Below, in pieces: positions 17,552 to 18,746 of a stretch of 18,746 nt of DNA (position 1 is the stretch's first letter; the number at the start of each line of letters is the position of its first letter). A model generated the notes under the pieces. The model did no database searches. It saw only the letters and a program-made list of their open reading frames with translations, and had not been told where the DNA came from. This DNA is from Candidatus Phoenicimicrobium oleiphilum (GTDB lineage Bacteria; Atribacterota; Phoenicimicrobiia; Phoenicimicrobiales; Phoenicimicrobiaceae), in assembly GCA_039638295.1 (NCBI GenBank), contig JBDIWJ010000036.1, positions 1,520-20,265 on the forward strand. Reading direction: 5' to 3'. The position numbers and the translations under genes are program-made.

Positions 17552-17742
17552 CCTGAAGAAAAAGAATTAGAGAAAAAAATAAAAACCATCCACCCCTAGA
17601 CCAGATCAGACTTTCACTGTTAAAACAGGTAACAAACTCCCCAAAAACCCCTCTACGCCTTTTGTTAATTCTTTTCGTTTTATGTTTTACCATTCCTGCT
17701 TCTGACAAACTTGTTAGAATCCATTCCTTATTCAGAAAAGAA

Positions 17743-17793
17743 TTTATTTTAGAGCATCGGAATTTTTTTGAAATACCGATGCTCTAAAATAAA
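17743..17793 (-). terminator. Long hairpin / probable terminator after nadE
   Basis: Perfect 18-bp inverted repeat TTTATTTTAGAGCATCGG (17743-17760) / CCGATGCTCTAAAATAAA (17776-17793), about 20 nt past the nadE stop, followed by TTCTTTTCT on the minus strand. Confidence 0.75.
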
Positions 17794-17812
17794 AGATATG
17801 CAGTATATTTAT

Positions 17813-18535
17813 TTAAAAGGTAGGTTTTTCAGGAATAGTTCGTTTATGTGCACTTTTATTTATTTTGTCTTGAATTTTTTTTTCTATCATTTTATTGTTT
17901 AATTTTCCAGTTCTCAAATATTCATCTATCTGTTTGTAACTTATTCCTATTTCTGCCTCATCGGTTTGACCTTCCCAAAGGCCAGCAGAAGGGGGTTTTT
18001 GGATAATTTCTTGAGGTATTTCTAAATATTCTGCTAATTCTACAACCTGACTCTTTAGTAAATTACCTAAGGGTAAAATATCTACTCCTCCATCACCATA
18101 CTTGGTAAAATATCCAATTGTTAACTCACTTTTATTTCCCGTTCCCACAACTATATAATTTAATTTATTAGCAAAATAATATAAAGTTATCATTCTTAAT
18201 CGGGGTTTTATGTTTGCCTTTTCTAATTTAAAATTTATATTTTTTTCCTCGCCATCTAATAAAGATATAAATGAATCATAAATTTTTGATAAATCAATTA
18301 TTTTATAATAAATATCATATTTTTCAGCAAAACTTACTGCATCTTCAATATCTTTACTTATACTGTGACAGGGCATAATTAAGGCTAAAGTATTATCAGG
18401 AAACACTTTTTTACATAGGATTGCTACCACGGCAGAATCAATGCCTCCACTTAGTCCTATTACCACTCCTTTAGCTTTTGCACTAATCACCTTATTTTCT
18501 ATCCAATTACTTAATTTTTGCGTTAAAGTTTTCAT
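17813..18535 (-). CDS. nadE: NH3-dependent NAD+ synthetase (no glutaminase domain)
   Basis: GLSGGIDS loop, N.KPRLRM, GTGNKSE..GYFTKYGDG, PSAGLW.GQTDE and HKR. Start set to the ATG at 18535 after GAGGAG. Confidence 0.96.
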   Translation of the reverse strand: MKTLTQKLSNWIENKVISAKAKGVVIGLSGGIDSAVVAILCKKVFPDNTLALIMPCHSISKDIEDAVSFAEKYDIYYKIIDLSKIYDSFISLLDGEEKNINFKLEKANIKPRLRMITLYYFANKLNYIVVGTGNKSELTIGYFTKYGDGGVDILPLGNLLKSQVVELAEYLEIPQEIIQKPPSAGLWEGQTDEAEIGISYKQIDEYLRTGKLNNKMIEKKIQDKINKSAHKRTIPEKPTF

Positions 18536-18564
18536 AAATTGAACTCCTCTATAATTCCCCAATA

Positions 18565-18661
18565 AATCAATTCACCAATTTACCAATTAATTAGTCGTCA
18601 GTGTATCGTATTGCGTTAAAAAAATCATAATTCAGAAACGGAGATGTGATGCATCGTCTCC
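18565..18661. repeat. Octamer/heptamer arrays and REP-like palindrome upstream of nadE
   Basis: AATCAATT-CACCAATT-TACCAATT (18565-18588); GTATCGTATTGCG (18603-18615); GGAGATGTGATGCATCGTCTCC (18640-18661). Confidence 0.65.
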
Positions 18662-18746
18662 TTTGTATATTAAATGGTACTATTTTCTTAAAACCAGATG
18701 CGAATTTGTTCGGGGGCAAACTGGTCACCCAGAAACACCTTACTTA

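Noticed and set aside
17514..17708. 64-aa minus-strand ORF between nadE and yebC
   Set aside because: It runs through palindromes, C-rich remnants and the heptamer array (AILDTQYAILY is the translated repeat), overlaps the yebC -35 box and has no clear SD or family motif.
18701..18712. LexA/SOS box (CGAATTTGTTCG here; CGAACACATGGTTT at 4607-4620)
   Set aside because: Spacing or half-sites do not match CGAAC-N4-GTTCG, and neither lies at the ruv promoter.

Overview
AT-rich bacterial chromosomal segment carrying an intact housekeeping cluster entirely on the minus strand, read right to left: nadE, yebC, ruvC, ruvA, ruvB, SpoIID/LytB-domain gene, queA, tgt, yajC, secD, secF, DUF2905, recJ, apt, rel, dtd, glycerophosphodiester phosphodiesterase, MBL-fold hydrolase. 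This is the Clostridia/Thermoanaerobacter-like synteny; an anaerobe such as Atribacterota is only my guess. I see no transposase, phage gene, CRISPR array, rRNA or tRNA. The unexplained signal is non-coding. Nearly every long spacer is built from phased 7-bp (GATACGC, CTATACG, TCCTGAC types) and 8-bp (AACCAACT, CCAATT, AACTGGGT types) tandem arrays, often as nested inverted pairs, mixed with BoxC-like and GTAG/REP-like palindromes. This looks like a modular intergenic repeat system, possibly empty sites or scars of small mobile cassettes. In recJ the repeats appear to supply the only canonical start codon near the expected N-terminus. Two enzymes (the phosphodiesterase and the SpoIID-like protein) carry unusual in-frame insertions of about 75-90 aa.
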